Assembly: GCF_000281045.1 (NCBI RefSeq)
Contig: NW_008246107.1
Span: forward strand, 70,372-109,893
Source: Saprolegnia diclina VS20
Taxonomy: Eukaryota
Reading direction: 5' to 3'
DNA length: 39,522 bases
The notes beneath the pieces are model-generated. The model had not been told where the DNA came from. It did no database searches and worked only from the letters and a program-made list of their open reading frames with translations. Positions 10,133-20,679 of this stretch are shown one piece after another (the stretch's first letter is position 1; every line of letters starts with the position of its first letter). The translations under genes and the position numbers were made by a program.

Positions 10133-10403
10133 ATTTACGCAATAAGAATACGTGGCAGCCTCTCTAGCCAGCAACCCCTTGCCTGCATTGCTATGCTGTC
10201 CTACAGCCCCCAAACGCTCCCATTTTTGTCGTGCTGAACCAACGGTAAGATCTACGGCGCGCGTGGCCCTTGTCATCCATGCAGTTTCGTGTTACCGGGA
10301 TACCATCTAGCAATAGCCTCATAGTCTGAGCTTGGTCGCAACAATAAGGTGCAAGCAAAGACTCTCAATTCCCTCTGTACAATCTCGATAGACGTTGTAA
10401 GGG

Positions 10404-12638
10404 CTACGGAGCGACGGCCGGCGACGTGAGGTATGCTTCGGGCAAGCGCTCCGTGAGGTGCATCAATGCCTCCGCGATTTTCAAGACGCGATCATCGTCC
10501 GGGTCACGGTCACAGAGGGCGAGGAGTGTCTGGAAGCAGAGGTTTTCACTCTGATGGCGAATGTTGGCGTCCGACTCATGCCACGGCCCGTCGACAATCC
10601 CGCGCGCCGGCACCAGCGCAAGTCGATTCAAGCCCAAGGTGTGAATCACGTCCTTCCACGCACCGCGAAAGAGCTGCCCGACCTTGTTGAGGTCGAGGTA
10701 CAAAAACGCGTTAAAGTCGCTCTCAACGACGTCCATGATGTCGAGGGCACGCGGGAGACGTGTTGCGTCGACGTCATCGGGCAGCATCGTCCGCGTCACG
10801 TAGCGATACGCCTTGCTCACAGGCGCCGGGTCGGTCGGCAGCAGCATCCGAGCAATGTCGCTGACTTTGAATGTCTTCTTCTGGGCAGCGCTACGGCGGT
10901 CCATCTTATCGCTGTGCGCAGCCTTGGCCAGGACTGTCTCCTTGTCGCTGAGCAAGTTGGCCGCCATGGTCGTCGCCGTCGACGCGTTGTAGCCCCACGC
11001 CAGCAGATGGGCTTTGACAAAGCCGCCACGGGCCGTCGGACGACCACCAACCCAAACCGACTTGCCGCGCTCAAACATCGCCACCAAGTTGTCGAGGTCT
11101 CTGTTCGGCGGGATTTTGTCGAGAACGCGGAGCGCGTTGTAGAGGTGAAGGACCATGCGCGTCTGGCCAATGTCATCCATGGTGATCAAGCCCATGACAA
11201 AGGTAATTTCGATCGTGACTGTGAGGAGGAGCTGGCCGGCCATGTACGGGTTGAACCACGCGCGGTCGACTTCGAGTTGCGAGAACGAGTTGTTGGGCGA
11301 CGTAATACGGCGCAGCGTGTCGAACCAAAATAGCACATTGAGCGTGTTCTTCTCTGTTGTTGGCGGGACGAGGATGCCGTCCACGTTGTCGCGAAGTGCT
11401 TGCATGTCACGCGCCAAGCGGTCGATCGTGACGCGCGTGTCGTCGACGACCTTGGCGCAGTGCATCGCGTCATTTGGCGTGCCTTGCGTGCACAAGAGGC
11501 TCCACAAAAGCGATTGGCAGGCAAAGATAAGGGCCAACGAGATGTCCTTGGACTTGACGTACGCCCGGACAAGCTCCAGAAGAGGGCTTGTCGATGTTTC
11601 GTTTGCAGTCTTCAAGGTGTTTCGCTCGCGCACATGAATTACGAGTAGAGGCAAAATATGACCAAAAAACGTCTGGTGCAAGTCCTCGAGCGACGACGCG
11701 AGCTCGTGCGGCTCGGCCCAGCTACGGCCAAAGAACCCGTCCCGTAGGATCATGCACTTCTCGGGTTTGATGGCGTCGTGCGTGCACACCAGTCTGTCCT
11801 GGAGCAACATGAGGCTGCGGTCCAATGTCGACGGCCCGTTGAAGATGGCAGATGCGAGCTCAAAATTAAACTGAGCACAGACGCTGGCATGGTAGTACGC
11901 TGCCGCCGCCGTCGTCGTTTTGAGCGTCTTGGCGATCGTGCGCTCGGCACCGGGGCGGAGACGCTCGATCATCGACCGCTTGGCCAGCACCACAAGCTCG
12001 ACGGCAGTGCCAAGTCGGAGGCCATCGTGGTCCGAGACGAGGTCCACGAGGAGGTCGCTGCACACGAAAACCGCCAAAATATGGTCGAGGTCCTTGAGAT
12101 GCGGGTGGGCAAAGCTCAAATCGTTGCCGAGCACTTGGACGGAGTGAACGCAGGCATTGGTGACGGCCGTCGCTGCGAGCAACGACGTCTGACCATCCTT
12201 GAACATTTTCCAGGCAAGTTTGACCTCGCGCATCAGGTCGTCAAAGTCAAGGAGGAAGCATCTGCACTGGAACTTCTCGTCTTCGATACGCGCCAGGAGC
12301 GCTGCGCGGGCTGCGTCGGCAGCACCGACCGGCGTGACGAAGGTCGTCATGTCGAACGGCGTCATCGGCGTCTCTGCCCACACGTCGGCGTCGTCATCCA
12401 CGTCGTCGGTGGCGAGGGCCTCAAAGGCGTTGGTCACGTTGACATGGCTGTTAGCTGCATCGCCACTCGCTTCACTAACAGGACCTGGCGTCTTGATGGG
12501 CACCAGCGGCGTCCACTGGACCTCGATCGCACAAAGTGTGTTCAGGACATGCGTATGGCCGGCATCGGGAGCCATTTTGAGAGAGTACTGGTGGCGAAGA
12601 CGGATGGCTGTCCCAAGCTTGCGCAAGATGGCAGCGGG
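10404..12638 (-). CDS. DUF6604-like family protein, copy 3 (5' end in gap)
   Basis: Open frame up to the gap, collinear with copy 2. Confidence 0.85.
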   Translation of the reverse strand, partial: PAAILRKLGTAIRLRHQYSLKMAPDAGHTHVLNTLCAIEVQWTPLVPIKTPGPVSEASGDAANSHVNVTNAFEALATDDVDDDADVWAETPMTPFDMTTFVTPVGAADAARAALLARIEDEKFQCRCFLLDFDDLMREVKLAWKMFKDGQTSLLAATAVTNACVHSVQVLGNDLSFAHPHLKDLDHILAVFVCSDLLVDLVSDHDGLRLGTAVELVVLAKRSMIERLRPGAERTIAKTLKTTTAAAAYYHASVCAQFNFELASAIFNGPSTLDRSLMLLQDRLVCTHDAIKPEKCMILRDGFFGRSWAEPHELASSLEDLHQTFFGHILPLLVIHVRERNTLKTANETSTSPLLELVRAYVKSKDISLALIFACQSLLWSLLCTQGTPNDAMHCAKVVDDTRVTIDRLARDMQALRDNVDGILVPPTTEKNTLNVLFWFDTLRRITSPNNSFSQLEVDRAWFNPYMAGQLLLTVTIEITFVMGLITMDDIGQTRMVLHLYNALRVLDKIPPNRDLDNLVAMFERGKSVWVGGRPTARGGFVKAHLLAWGYNASTATTMAANLLSDKETVLAKAAHSDKMDRRSAAQKKTFKVSDIARMLLPTDPAPVSKAYRYVTRTMLPDDVDATRLPRALDIMDVVESDFNAFLYLDLNKVGQLFRGAWKDVIHTLGLNRLALVPARGIVDGPWHESDANIRHQSENLCFQTLLALCDRDPDDDRVLKIAEALMHLTERLPEAYLTSPAVAP

Positions 12639-13146
12639 NNNNNNNNNNNNNNNNNNNNNNNNNNNNNNNNNNNNNNNNNNNNNNNNNNNNNNNNNNNNNN
12701 NNNNNNNNNNNNNNNNNNNNNNNNNNNNNNNNNNNNNNNNNNNNNNNNNNNNNNNNNNNNNNNNNNNNNNNNNNNNNNNNNNNNNNNNNNNNNNNNNNNN
12801 NNNNNNNNNNNNNNNNNNNNNNNNNNNNNNNNNNNNNNNNNNNNNNNNNNNNNNNNNNNNNNNNNNNNNNNNNNNNNNNNNNNNNNNNNNNNNNNNNNNN
12901 NNNNNNNNNNNNNNNNNNNNNNNNNNNNNNNNNNNNNNNNNNNNNNNNNNNNNNNNNNNNNNNNNNNNNNNNNNNNNNNNNNNNNNNNNNNNNNNNNNNN
13001 NNNNNNNNNNNNNNNNNNNNNNNNNNNNNNNNNNNNNNNNNNNNNNNNNNNNNNNNNNNNNNNNNNNNNNNNNNNNNNNNNNNNNNNNNNNNNNNNNNNN
13101 NNNNNNNNNNNNNNNNNNNNNNNNNNNNNNNNNNNNNNNNNNNNNN
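12639..13146. other. Assembly gap (N run)
   Basis: 508 N. Confidence 1.
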
Positions 13147-13374
13147 GAACTGGTGGGTTCAACGAGTCACAGACTTGAACTCGACAAGCTTGGAAATGAG
13201 CGTGGGTTGGCGACGTTGACAGTTGCTGCCATGCCACAGTGGGCTTTGTGCAACGAGAATCGCGGCTCACGATGACACTCTGACTTGACGGTAAACACAG
13301 CTTGACGAGTGCTGGAATGACAGAGACGGAACGATGCCCATACATTTATGCTCGCATCCTCACGATCAAAAGTG

Positions 13375-15642
13375 CTACTTGGTGACAACGGGCGGCGCAA
13401 TGTACGCTTCGTGCATACGCTCGGCGACATGCATCATCGCCTCTGCAGCCTTGGCGACGCGATGGTCGTCCGGGTCGCGGGCACAGAGTATGAGGAGCAA
13501 CTTGAAAAAAAGGTTTACGTTGGGGAGGCGAACGTTGGCGTCCGTCTCGCGCCGCGGACCGTCGACAACCCCCTGCGCCGGCACAAGCGGCACAAGCAGC
13601 AGGTCGCTGACGCTGAACGCCGTCACCATCTCCTTCCACGCCCCGCGGAAGAGTTGCCCGACCATGCAAAGGTTGAGGTACTGAAAGCAGTCATGGTCCC
13701 TGTCGATGACGCCCTTGATATGGAGAGCCCGAGGAAGCTTTGTTAGCGGACCGTCGTCAGACGTCGTTGTGCGGGTGACGTAACGGTACGCCTTGCTCAC
13801 GTGCGCAGGCTCAATGGGCAAGCGTCGCTGGCTCAACGCATCACACCGCGATTGCATCTTCTTCTGCGCCGCGCTGCGGTGGTCCAGCCGATCGCGGGAC
13901 GTGAGTTTGACAGCGTTGTAGCTCCTCGCCAGCAAACGTCCGCATCCAATGTCACCGCGAGAGGTTGGACGACCGCTCAACCACAAGGACTTGCCACGCT
14001 CAAACATTGCCACCAACGTGTCGAGGTCCTTGTTTGCTGGGATTTTGTCGAGGACACGGAGCGCGTTGTAGAGGTGGATCATCGCGCGCGCTTGGCCAAT
14101 GTCATCGATCGTCGTCAAGCCTAAGGTAAACGTGATATCGGTCGTGATCGTGAGAAGAAGCTGGCCGGCCATGTACGGGTTGAACCACGCACGGTCGACC
14201 TCCATTTGGCCAAACGGTTTGCTCGGCGACGTAGTGACACGGAGGTTGACAAGCCAGCGCAAGGCCATGGCCATATTGGATGCGGTGGCCGCTGGCACGA
14301 AGCGACCGTCGGCGAACTCACAACACGTCGTCAATTGGCTCGTCACACGGGCGATCGTGACGCGCGTATCGTCAACGATGTTGGCGTAGTGGGCGTCTGA
14401 CGTTCCTTGAGTGTAGACGAGACTCCACAAGAGAGATTGGCACGCAAAGACGAGCGCGACGGGCACTCGCTTCGTCTTGACGTACGTCCGAAGAAGCGTA
14501 AACAGCGGATTGGTCGTCGGTTCGCGTGGAAGCATGACGTCGCCCGCGTCATGCAGCAAAAATACGGGCAAAATGTGGGCGAGGAACGTCTTGAGCAAGT
14601 CGCTAGGTGACGATGCAAGTCCGTGGCGCTCGGGCCAGTGACGGTTGAAGAAGCCATCCGGCACGGCCGAGCGAGTGCCGGGCGGAAGGACCTTGATCAT
14701 GGTGTGGAGGCCCTGCTGGAGGTTGACCAAGCTTGTGTCCAATGTCGCCGTCCATTCCAGGTCGCCAAAGCGCGAGGGCGTTTCGTATTGGTTGAGGACG
14801 CGGTCGATGAGGCACGCCGCCGCCGTTATTGTCGTCTGAAGCGCCTTGGCGATTGTGTGCTCAGCCGCGGGACGGAACTCGTCGATCATCGCTCGTTTGG
14901 CCAGGACCACCACTTCGACCGCGGTGCTGAGGGTTAGGTCAGCGTTGCCGACGACGAGATCGATGAGAAGCTCCTCACAGACCAGAAATGCCATGATGTG
15001 GTCAAGGTCCTCGAAGTGCGGGTGCGCAATGCGCAAGGTCTTGCTCAGCTCGTCGACGGTGTGGACGCAGGCGTTGGTGACGGCTGTCGCAGCGATCAAG
15101 CTCATTTCGCCGCGCTGGAACATTTCCCAGGCGAGCTTGACCTCGCGGTTCATGTCGTCGAGGTCGAGCAAAAAGAACACACATTGAAACTGCGCGCCTT
15201 CCAAGCGAGCCACCAGACGCGTGTGCGCTGCGTCGGTCGCGTCTGTAGGTGGCGAGAACGTCGTCAAGTCGAACGGCGTCGTGGACGTTGGCGTCTTGGC
15301 GGACACCAGCGGCGTCCACCGCGCCTCGATCGCGCGGAAAGTGTTGAGGACATGCATATGGCCGTCGTCAGGGGGCATCTTGAGAGAGTACTCGTGGCGC
15401 AGGCGGACGGCCGTCCCGAGCTCGCGCAGGATACGGCATGGTACCGGTGTTGCGGCTTCAACGACCTCAAGCGCTGCAGTCCAGATCTGCGAGACAGACC
15501 ACTCGGCGACGTTAGCGGAGCGTGCGCGCACCGTTATATTGGTGTTCTTGGGTTGGGTGGCTTCTTGAAGCCACGTGAGAACAACGTTGGTCGCCGCCTT
15601 GTAGCGGTGGTAGCGTCCACGCTCGCTGCCATCGGTCGCCAT
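13375..15642 (-). CDS. DUF6604-like family protein, copy 4 (~755 aa, two in-frame internal deletions)
   Basis: Starts MATDGSERGRYHRYKAATN. Lacks the NAFEAL/acidic linker and ~18 aa after YNA. Confidence 0.85.
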   Translation of the reverse strand: MATDGSERGRYHRYKAATNVVLTWLQEATQPKNTNITVRARSANVAEWSVSQIWTAALEVVEAATPVPCRILRELGTAVRLRHEYSLKMPPDDGHMHVLNTFRAIEARWTPLVSAKTPTSTTPFDLTTFSPPTDATDAAHTRLVARLEGAQFQCVFFLLDLDDMNREVKLAWEMFQRGEMSLIAATAVTNACVHTVDELSKTLRIAHPHFEDLDHIMAFLVCEELLIDLVVGNADLTLSTAVEVVVLAKRAMIDEFRPAAEHTIAKALQTTITAAACLIDRVLNQYETPSRFGDLEWTATLDTSLVNLQQGLHTMIKVLPPGTRSAVPDGFFNRHWPERHGLASSPSDLLKTFLAHILPVFLLHDAGDVMLPREPTTNPLFTLLRTYVKTKRVPVALVFACQSLLWSLVYTQGTSDAHYANIVDDTRVTIARVTSQLTTCCEFADGRFVPAATASNMAMALRWLVNLRVTTSPSKPFGQMEVDRAWFNPYMAGQLLLTITTDITFTLGLTTIDDIGQARAMIHLYNALRVLDKIPANKDLDTLVAMFERGKSLWLSGRPTSRGDIGCGRLLARSYNAVKLTSRDRLDHRSAAQKKMQSRCDALSQRRLPIEPAHVSKAYRYVTRTTTSDDGPLTKLPRALHIKGVIDRDHDCFQYLNLCMVGQLFRGAWKEMVTAFSVSDLLLVPLVPAQGVVDGPRRETDANVRLPNVNLFFKLLLILCARDPDDHRVAKAAEAMMHVAERMHEAYIAPPVVTK

Positions 15643-15775
15643 GGCACTTGCCGTTTGCCTTGCCAGTTGAAATCTGACACAGATCAAAGGATTAAGTGTT
15701 TGTCCCTTACACAGCTGCATGAGTGCGAGGCCGGGTTTACAATACACACGGCTCCGACTCAACGCATCATCGTAC

Positions 15776-15805
15776 CAAGGGCAATAATCAGATTATTGAC
15801 GCTTG
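15776..15805. repeat. Dispersed ~30-bp palindrome (copy of 30554-30584)
   Basis: caaggg-caataatcagattattgacgcttg versus caagggtcaataatcagattattgacccttg. Confidence 0.85.
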
Positions 15806-15807
15806 AC

Positions 15808-15988
15808 TGTACTACGAGTCTCGAATGCTCCGAGGTCCGTATGTTGTCAGTGTGCCACGCGCACTACACTTGATGAGGATACATGACTCCGGGAGCTCGA
15901 TGTGGACAACGATTAGGGTTAATCGAGTCATTGTTCAATTATCTCTTCTTCTAGCAAGTCTTCCAGCGACAGCGGACGTGCCGTCACA
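15808..15988 (+). mobile_element. Degenerate copy of the ~230-bp solo-LTR-like repeat
   Basis: Contains gtctcga..gaggtccgt, ggacaacgattagggtt and cattgttcaat..ctcttcttc..agcgacagcggacgtgccgtcaca, collinear with the 16075-16533 unit. Confidence 0.6.
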
Positions 15989-16074
15989 TCGGCAGCCGCA
16001 CCTTTCTCCATTGGTCCCACACTCTCTGAGGACTCGTTGCAGGGTACTACTGTCGAGGTCCGCAAATTAAACGG

Positions 16075-16533
16075 TGTGGCGAATCTCGAGATTCAGAGGT
16101 CCGTCTCTGGTCTGCGTGTCGATGTGTACGCGTGGGTCTACTCCGTAGCGACCGGACAAAGATTGTGACAGCGTGTCCGCTGTCGCTAGAAGGCTTGAGA
16201 GAAGAAGAGGTGATTGAACAATGGCTTGATTAGCTTGAGCTTAGACTCGTTGCTGGACACGCACACCAGCTACTATAGCAGACCCAAACCTAACCCTAAT
16301 CTTTGTCCGATCCCCAGAGCACGGCTCACTCAGACCACGGAGCACGGCTTACACAGATAAGAGGAGAACCTCTGAATGTCGAGATTCGCCACACAGATTA
16401 GGGCTAGATCTGTGTCCGAGTTTGTAGCTAGTGCGCGTATCTAGCAATGAATCTAAGCTCAAGCTAATCAAGCCATTGTTCAATCACCTCTTCTTCTCTC
16501 AAGCCTTCTAGCGACAGTGGACGCGCTGTCACA
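16075..16533 (+). mobile_element. Solo-LTR-like element interrupted by an inverted copy of itself (inner copy 16164-16393)
   Basis: A-B-A'-B' interleaved inverted repeats with termini TGTGGCG...TGTCACA. Flanks are AACGG/AAAGG (outer) and AAGAT/CAGAT (inner), each a 4/5 match. Confidence 0.7.
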
Positions 16534-18031
16534 AAAGGAAACGGTATTTTGGGGTATCTGAGTCTGAGTTTGAGGATCGGCACCTTCAAGTACACGCGGC
16601 TCAATCACGTTATTGTCCAATGTGCACTTCTTTCCGCCCGTCTGTACGTTGGAGTCCCACCCTCGCTAGCGAAACGATTCGTCGTCACGTATAGTTACGC
16701 CCAAATGCCGTCACTGCAATGGAGCACGTTCGGTCGACGGCGGGACGCGATATGATCGCCATCTTGTCGACTGGACTCTTGTAGGGGACGCACACGATCA
16801 GCTTGCCAAGAACAAGAGGTTAAAGTAGTTTCGATGTCGGCGTCTGCCTCCAAGCCTCGACTCGTCTCGCCATTTCCCACGGCAGACGAGATAATCGACC
16901 CTTTGTGACAAAACGCAACATTGAGCGCCAAATGACCTTTCCCCGCTCCGCCCACCCGCAAGACGGTTTGATACCACAAACCGCTGTCCTGCGCGAGTAT
17001 CGGACTCCCGGTATTGGAGGGTTTATAGATTTATGAACGATGGGTAGTGGGAACCGCGACTGTCTCTCGGCCTCATCCGTCGCATTAGAATTGTAGGTTT
17101 GTCAGCTCCGTGTACATCGCGTCAGTGTTCAACTAGTGCATCCGCACGTCTTACCGCGGTCACAAGGACGGTAGCAAGTCGGGAGTTTTCACTTGTTCAA
17201 TAAGACAATACGGTCTACTCAAGCATCGCGTCGTGTCGACGCGAGAAATTTCCGAAGCAATTTCGAGATGCTCTCGATGCAACGTTGCTGTTTTGGGTGC
17301 GTCGTAGTTGCTGGACGCGCGCACTGGCTACCAACTCAGATCAGACCCTCGCCTTTGTCCAAGGTCCCACAAAGTATGCAAAGCACACTCCGACAAGGAC
17401 CCCTGAATCTTGCGATTCTCTAAGTTACATTCGAGTCTTGCGCATTCAAGACCTTATTAAGCTTTGCCACGCAACATTACCGAGATTCATCTGTTGAACC
17501 AACCCACCAGGAGCATTGTTCATGTTGCTCAGCGGGGGTTGTAGTCTGGACTCGTCCAAGGACCGGTGGCGGTGCACGCAGCACAGATTTGCGTTGCGAA
17601 TGCGTGTTTGCCTTTGGGCAGGATCAGCGGATCGTACATTGTTCACGAATCCAAGTACACAGTTCGTACTACCACATAGACGAACCGCTAGATGGCACGC
17701 TACCCCGAAGACGACTAAAAAGATCGACAGTTAGCCCATCAACCAGTACTTCGCACTTTCTGACGTTTGATGGGACTTGCGATGATCAGCACCTACGACT
17801 CCTTGGTACGCTCCGTGTCCACCGAGGGTTAGTGTTCAACCAGCGCTTCCTCTTCTTGGCTCGATGGTGGCGCCATCGCATTCAACTTGGACAGTCAGGC
17901 ACTGCAACACGTTAGGACACGTTATATACATGCCTAGGATTCCTCATAGTCTAGTCGGTTAGGGTATATGGCTTTCACATTAAATACATGCCTACATACT
18001 GTGCTTGGACGACGTGGCAGTTCCAACAAGC

Positions 18032-20512
18032 CTACGGTGTGACGACCGGCGCCTCGAGGTAGGCTTCCGGCATGCGGTCGGCCGCGTGCATCACGACGAC
18101 AGCGGCCATCAAGAGACGTTCATTGTCCGGGTCGCGGTCGCAGAGCCCGAGAAGCGTCTCAAAGTAGAGGTTTTCGTTGTGGAGGCGAATGTTGGCGTCC
18201 GTCTCACGCCACGGGCCGTCCGTGATTCCGCGTTCGGGCACGAGCTTGTTGCCCTTGAAGCCCCCGAGCGTCACCATCTCCTTCCACGCGTCTCGAAAGA
18301 GCTGGCCGACCGTGTTGAGGTTGAAGTACAAAAACGTATTGACGTCGCTGTGGATCACGTCCAGAATGTCCATGAGCCGTGGCAGGTGGGTCCAATCGCG
18401 CTTCTCGTCCGCCACGGGCGCTGTCAGGTGCGCCACGTACCGGTACGCCTTGCTCACGGGCGCCGGCTCGGTCGCTTGGAGCTTCCGCGCGTGGTCGCCG
18501 CGCTTGATTTTCTTCTTTTGCGCTTCGCTGCGGTGGTCGAGCTTGTCGCGCAGCATGGCTTTGGCGACAAAGTCGTCGGCGTCGTGGCGAAGGTTGGCGG
18601 CCAACGCCGCTGCTGTCGTGGCGTCATACCCCCACGCCAGCAAATGGGCTTTTGCAAAGTCACCACGGGCCGTCGGACGACCACCAACCCAGATCGACTT
18701 GCCGCGCTCAAACATGGTCGCCAAGTTGTCAAGGTCCTCGTTCGGCGGGACCTTGTCGAGGACGCGGAGCGCGTTGTAGAGGTGGAGGACCATGCGCGTC
18801 TGGCCAATGTCATCCATCGTCGCGAGGCCCATGGAGAAGCCGATCTCCATTGTGAGCGTGAGGAAAATCTGGCCGGCCATGTACGGGTTGAACCACGCAC
18901 GGTCGACTTCCATTTGGGTAAAGTACTTGTCGGCCGAAGTCGCGATGCGGAGGTTTGTGAGCCAGCCGAGCGCGGCCTCGACGTTCTTCTTGGTCGGCGG
19001 CGGCACGAGGATGCCGTCTTTGTTGTCTCGAAGCGCCTGCATTTGGCGCGTGACACGAGCGAGCGTGCTGCGCGTGTCGTCGACGACCTTGGCACAGGAC
19101 ATGCCATCCTGCGCGCTGCTTTGGGTGAAGAAGAGACTCCAGAGCACCGACTGGCACGCAAAGACGAGCGCGACAGGCACTTCCTTGGACTTGACGTACG
19201 CCTTGATGAGCACGAGCAGCGGCTTCATCGTGGCTTCGTACTCGAGCTTGAAAAGGCTCGTGTCCCGCACATGAAGGACAAGCGCCGGCAATATGTTGGC
19301 AAAAAACGTCTGGTACAGGTCCATGGGCGACGCGGCAGGTTGGCGACGCTCGTCCCAGTCCGGGCCAAAGGTCCCGGGGCGGCACATCATGCGGTGGCCG
19401 GGCGTAATGACCTCGAGAAAGCTAAAGAGCGCGTGCTGGAGGCTGATGAACCCGTTTTTGTTCCCGAGCGACGACGTCCAGTCAAGACTCCACGCATCCG
19501 ACTGGGCAAAGTGCAGGTGCACGATATCGATCACTCGGGACGCAACGACCGTCGGCACCTTGAGGCGCTGGGCGATCGTGCGCTCGGCCGCCGGCCGGAG
19601 CCGCTGCACCATGGCCCTTTTGGCGACAACGACCAGCTCGACGGCTGTCTTCAACGACACGCCATTCTTCGCGTCGGCGACGAGGTCCACGAGCACTTGG
19701 TCGCAGACGAGAAGCGCCATCATGTGGTCAAGGTCCTTGAGGTGCGGATGCGCGAAGATCATGTCGTTCCCGAGGACTTGGACAGCGTGCACGCAGGCGT
19801 TCGTGACCGCCGTCGCCGCCATCAAGCTCATGTGCCCGCCCTTGAACATACCCCACGCCAGCATGACCTCGCGGTTCATGTCGTCGACGTCGAGGAGGAA
19901 GCAGAGGATTTGAAACTTCTCGTCCTCGAGGCGGGCTTCCAGTGCGGCGCGCTCCGCGTCCATAGCGTCGACCGGCGCGACGAACGCCGCCATATCGAAC
20001 GGCGGCAGCGGCGTGTTCGTCGCGTTCAATCTCGCCCACATATCTGCATCGTCGTCATCGTCGTTGTCGTCGGTGGCGAGCGCTTCGAAGGCGTTGACAA
20101 TGTCGACGTCGCCGCTCATCGTGTCGGACGCTGGTGGCTTCGATGCGCCGGTCGGCGCGACCACGAGTGGCGTCCATTGAAGCTCAATGGCCCGCAGAAT
20201 GTCGAGCATGTGCTTGTGGCCCTGGTCGGGCGGCAACTTGCAAATGGCTTGGTACCGAAGTCGAATACTGTTTGCAAGCTGGCGCATGATGGCAGCGGGC
20301 ACGGGCAAGGCGGCCTCGACAACCTCGAGCGCGGCCGCATAGATCTGCGAGACCGACCACTCGGTGACGTCGGCCGACCGACCGCCGTGCTTCTTGGCCT
20401 TCTTCTTGGCGTTCTTAGTCTTGGGCTTGGTCGCGCGACGCGCCCATTCGAGGACGGCGTTGGTCGCCGCCTTGTAGCGGTGGTAGCGCCCGCACTCGCC
20501 GTGACTGCTCAT
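18032..20512 (-). CDS. DUF6604-like family protein, copy 5 (~826 aa)
   Basis: Intronless ORF starting MSSHGECGRYHRYKAATN, collinear with copies 2-4. Confidence 0.85.
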   Translation of the reverse strand: MSSHGECGRYHRYKAATNAVLEWARRATKPKTKNAKKKAKKHGGRSADVTEWSVSQIYAAALEVVEAALPVPAAIMRQLANSIRLRYQAICKLPPDQGHKHMLDILRAIELQWTPLVVAPTGASKPPASDTMSGDVDIVNAFEALATDDNDDDDDADMWARLNATNTPLPPFDMAAFVAPVDAMDAERAALEARLEDEKFQILCFLLDVDDMNREVMLAWGMFKGGHMSLMAATAVTNACVHAVQVLGNDMIFAHPHLKDLDHMMALLVCDQVLVDLVADAKNGVSLKTAVELVVVAKRAMVQRLRPAAERTIAQRLKVPTVVASRVIDIVHLHFAQSDAWSLDWTSSLGNKNGFISLQHALFSFLEVITPGHRMMCRPGTFGPDWDERRQPAASPMDLYQTFFANILPALVLHVRDTSLFKLEYEATMKPLLVLIKAYVKSKEVPVALVFACQSVLWSLFFTQSSAQDGMSCAKVVDDTRSTLARVTRQMQALRDNKDGILVPPPTKKNVEAALGWLTNLRIATSADKYFTQMEVDRAWFNPYMAGQIFLTLTMEIGFSMGLATMDDIGQTRMVLHLYNALRVLDKVPPNEDLDNLATMFERGKSIWVGGRPTARGDFAKAHLLAWGYDATTAAALAANLRHDADDFVAKAMLRDKLDHRSEAQKKKIKRGDHARKLQATEPAPVSKAYRYVAHLTAPVADEKRDWTHLPRLMDILDVIHSDVNTFLYFNLNTVGQLFRDAWKEMVTLGGFKGNKLVPERGITDGPWRETDANIRLHNENLYFETLLGLCDRDPDNERLLMAAVVVMHAADRMPEAYLEAPVVTP

Positions 20513-20679
20513 CCTACAAAGGCCAACTGACGCACGCCGGAGCACATGTGGGACAAAGAGTGTTTGTCCCACGCACTGTCCTTTCTGACACTCGCGCCAT
20601 GGTGCCCGTTTCTAGTTTTTATTACCCGGTGGGACAAACATGGTTTGTCCCAGTTTGCTATTTGCGCTATTGAGGCAGC
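20513..20679. promoter_or_regulatory. Putative bidirectional promoter with two TGGGACAAA-N5-TTTGTCCCA palindromes (20548-20572, 20630-20652)
   Basis: 167 bp between divergent ATGs, with one palindrome close to each start. Confidence 0.55.

Noticed and set aside
16283..16300. Telomere-like cccaaacctaaccctaa
   Set aside because: Only 2-3 imperfect units, inside the solo-LTR-like repeat.
16540..18000. Short ORFs and possible decayed gene or repeat fragments (also 30615-31250 and 37500-38100)
   Set aside because: No recognisable motifs or coding bias; only a weak resemblance of ~16600-16690 to the solo-LTR unit.
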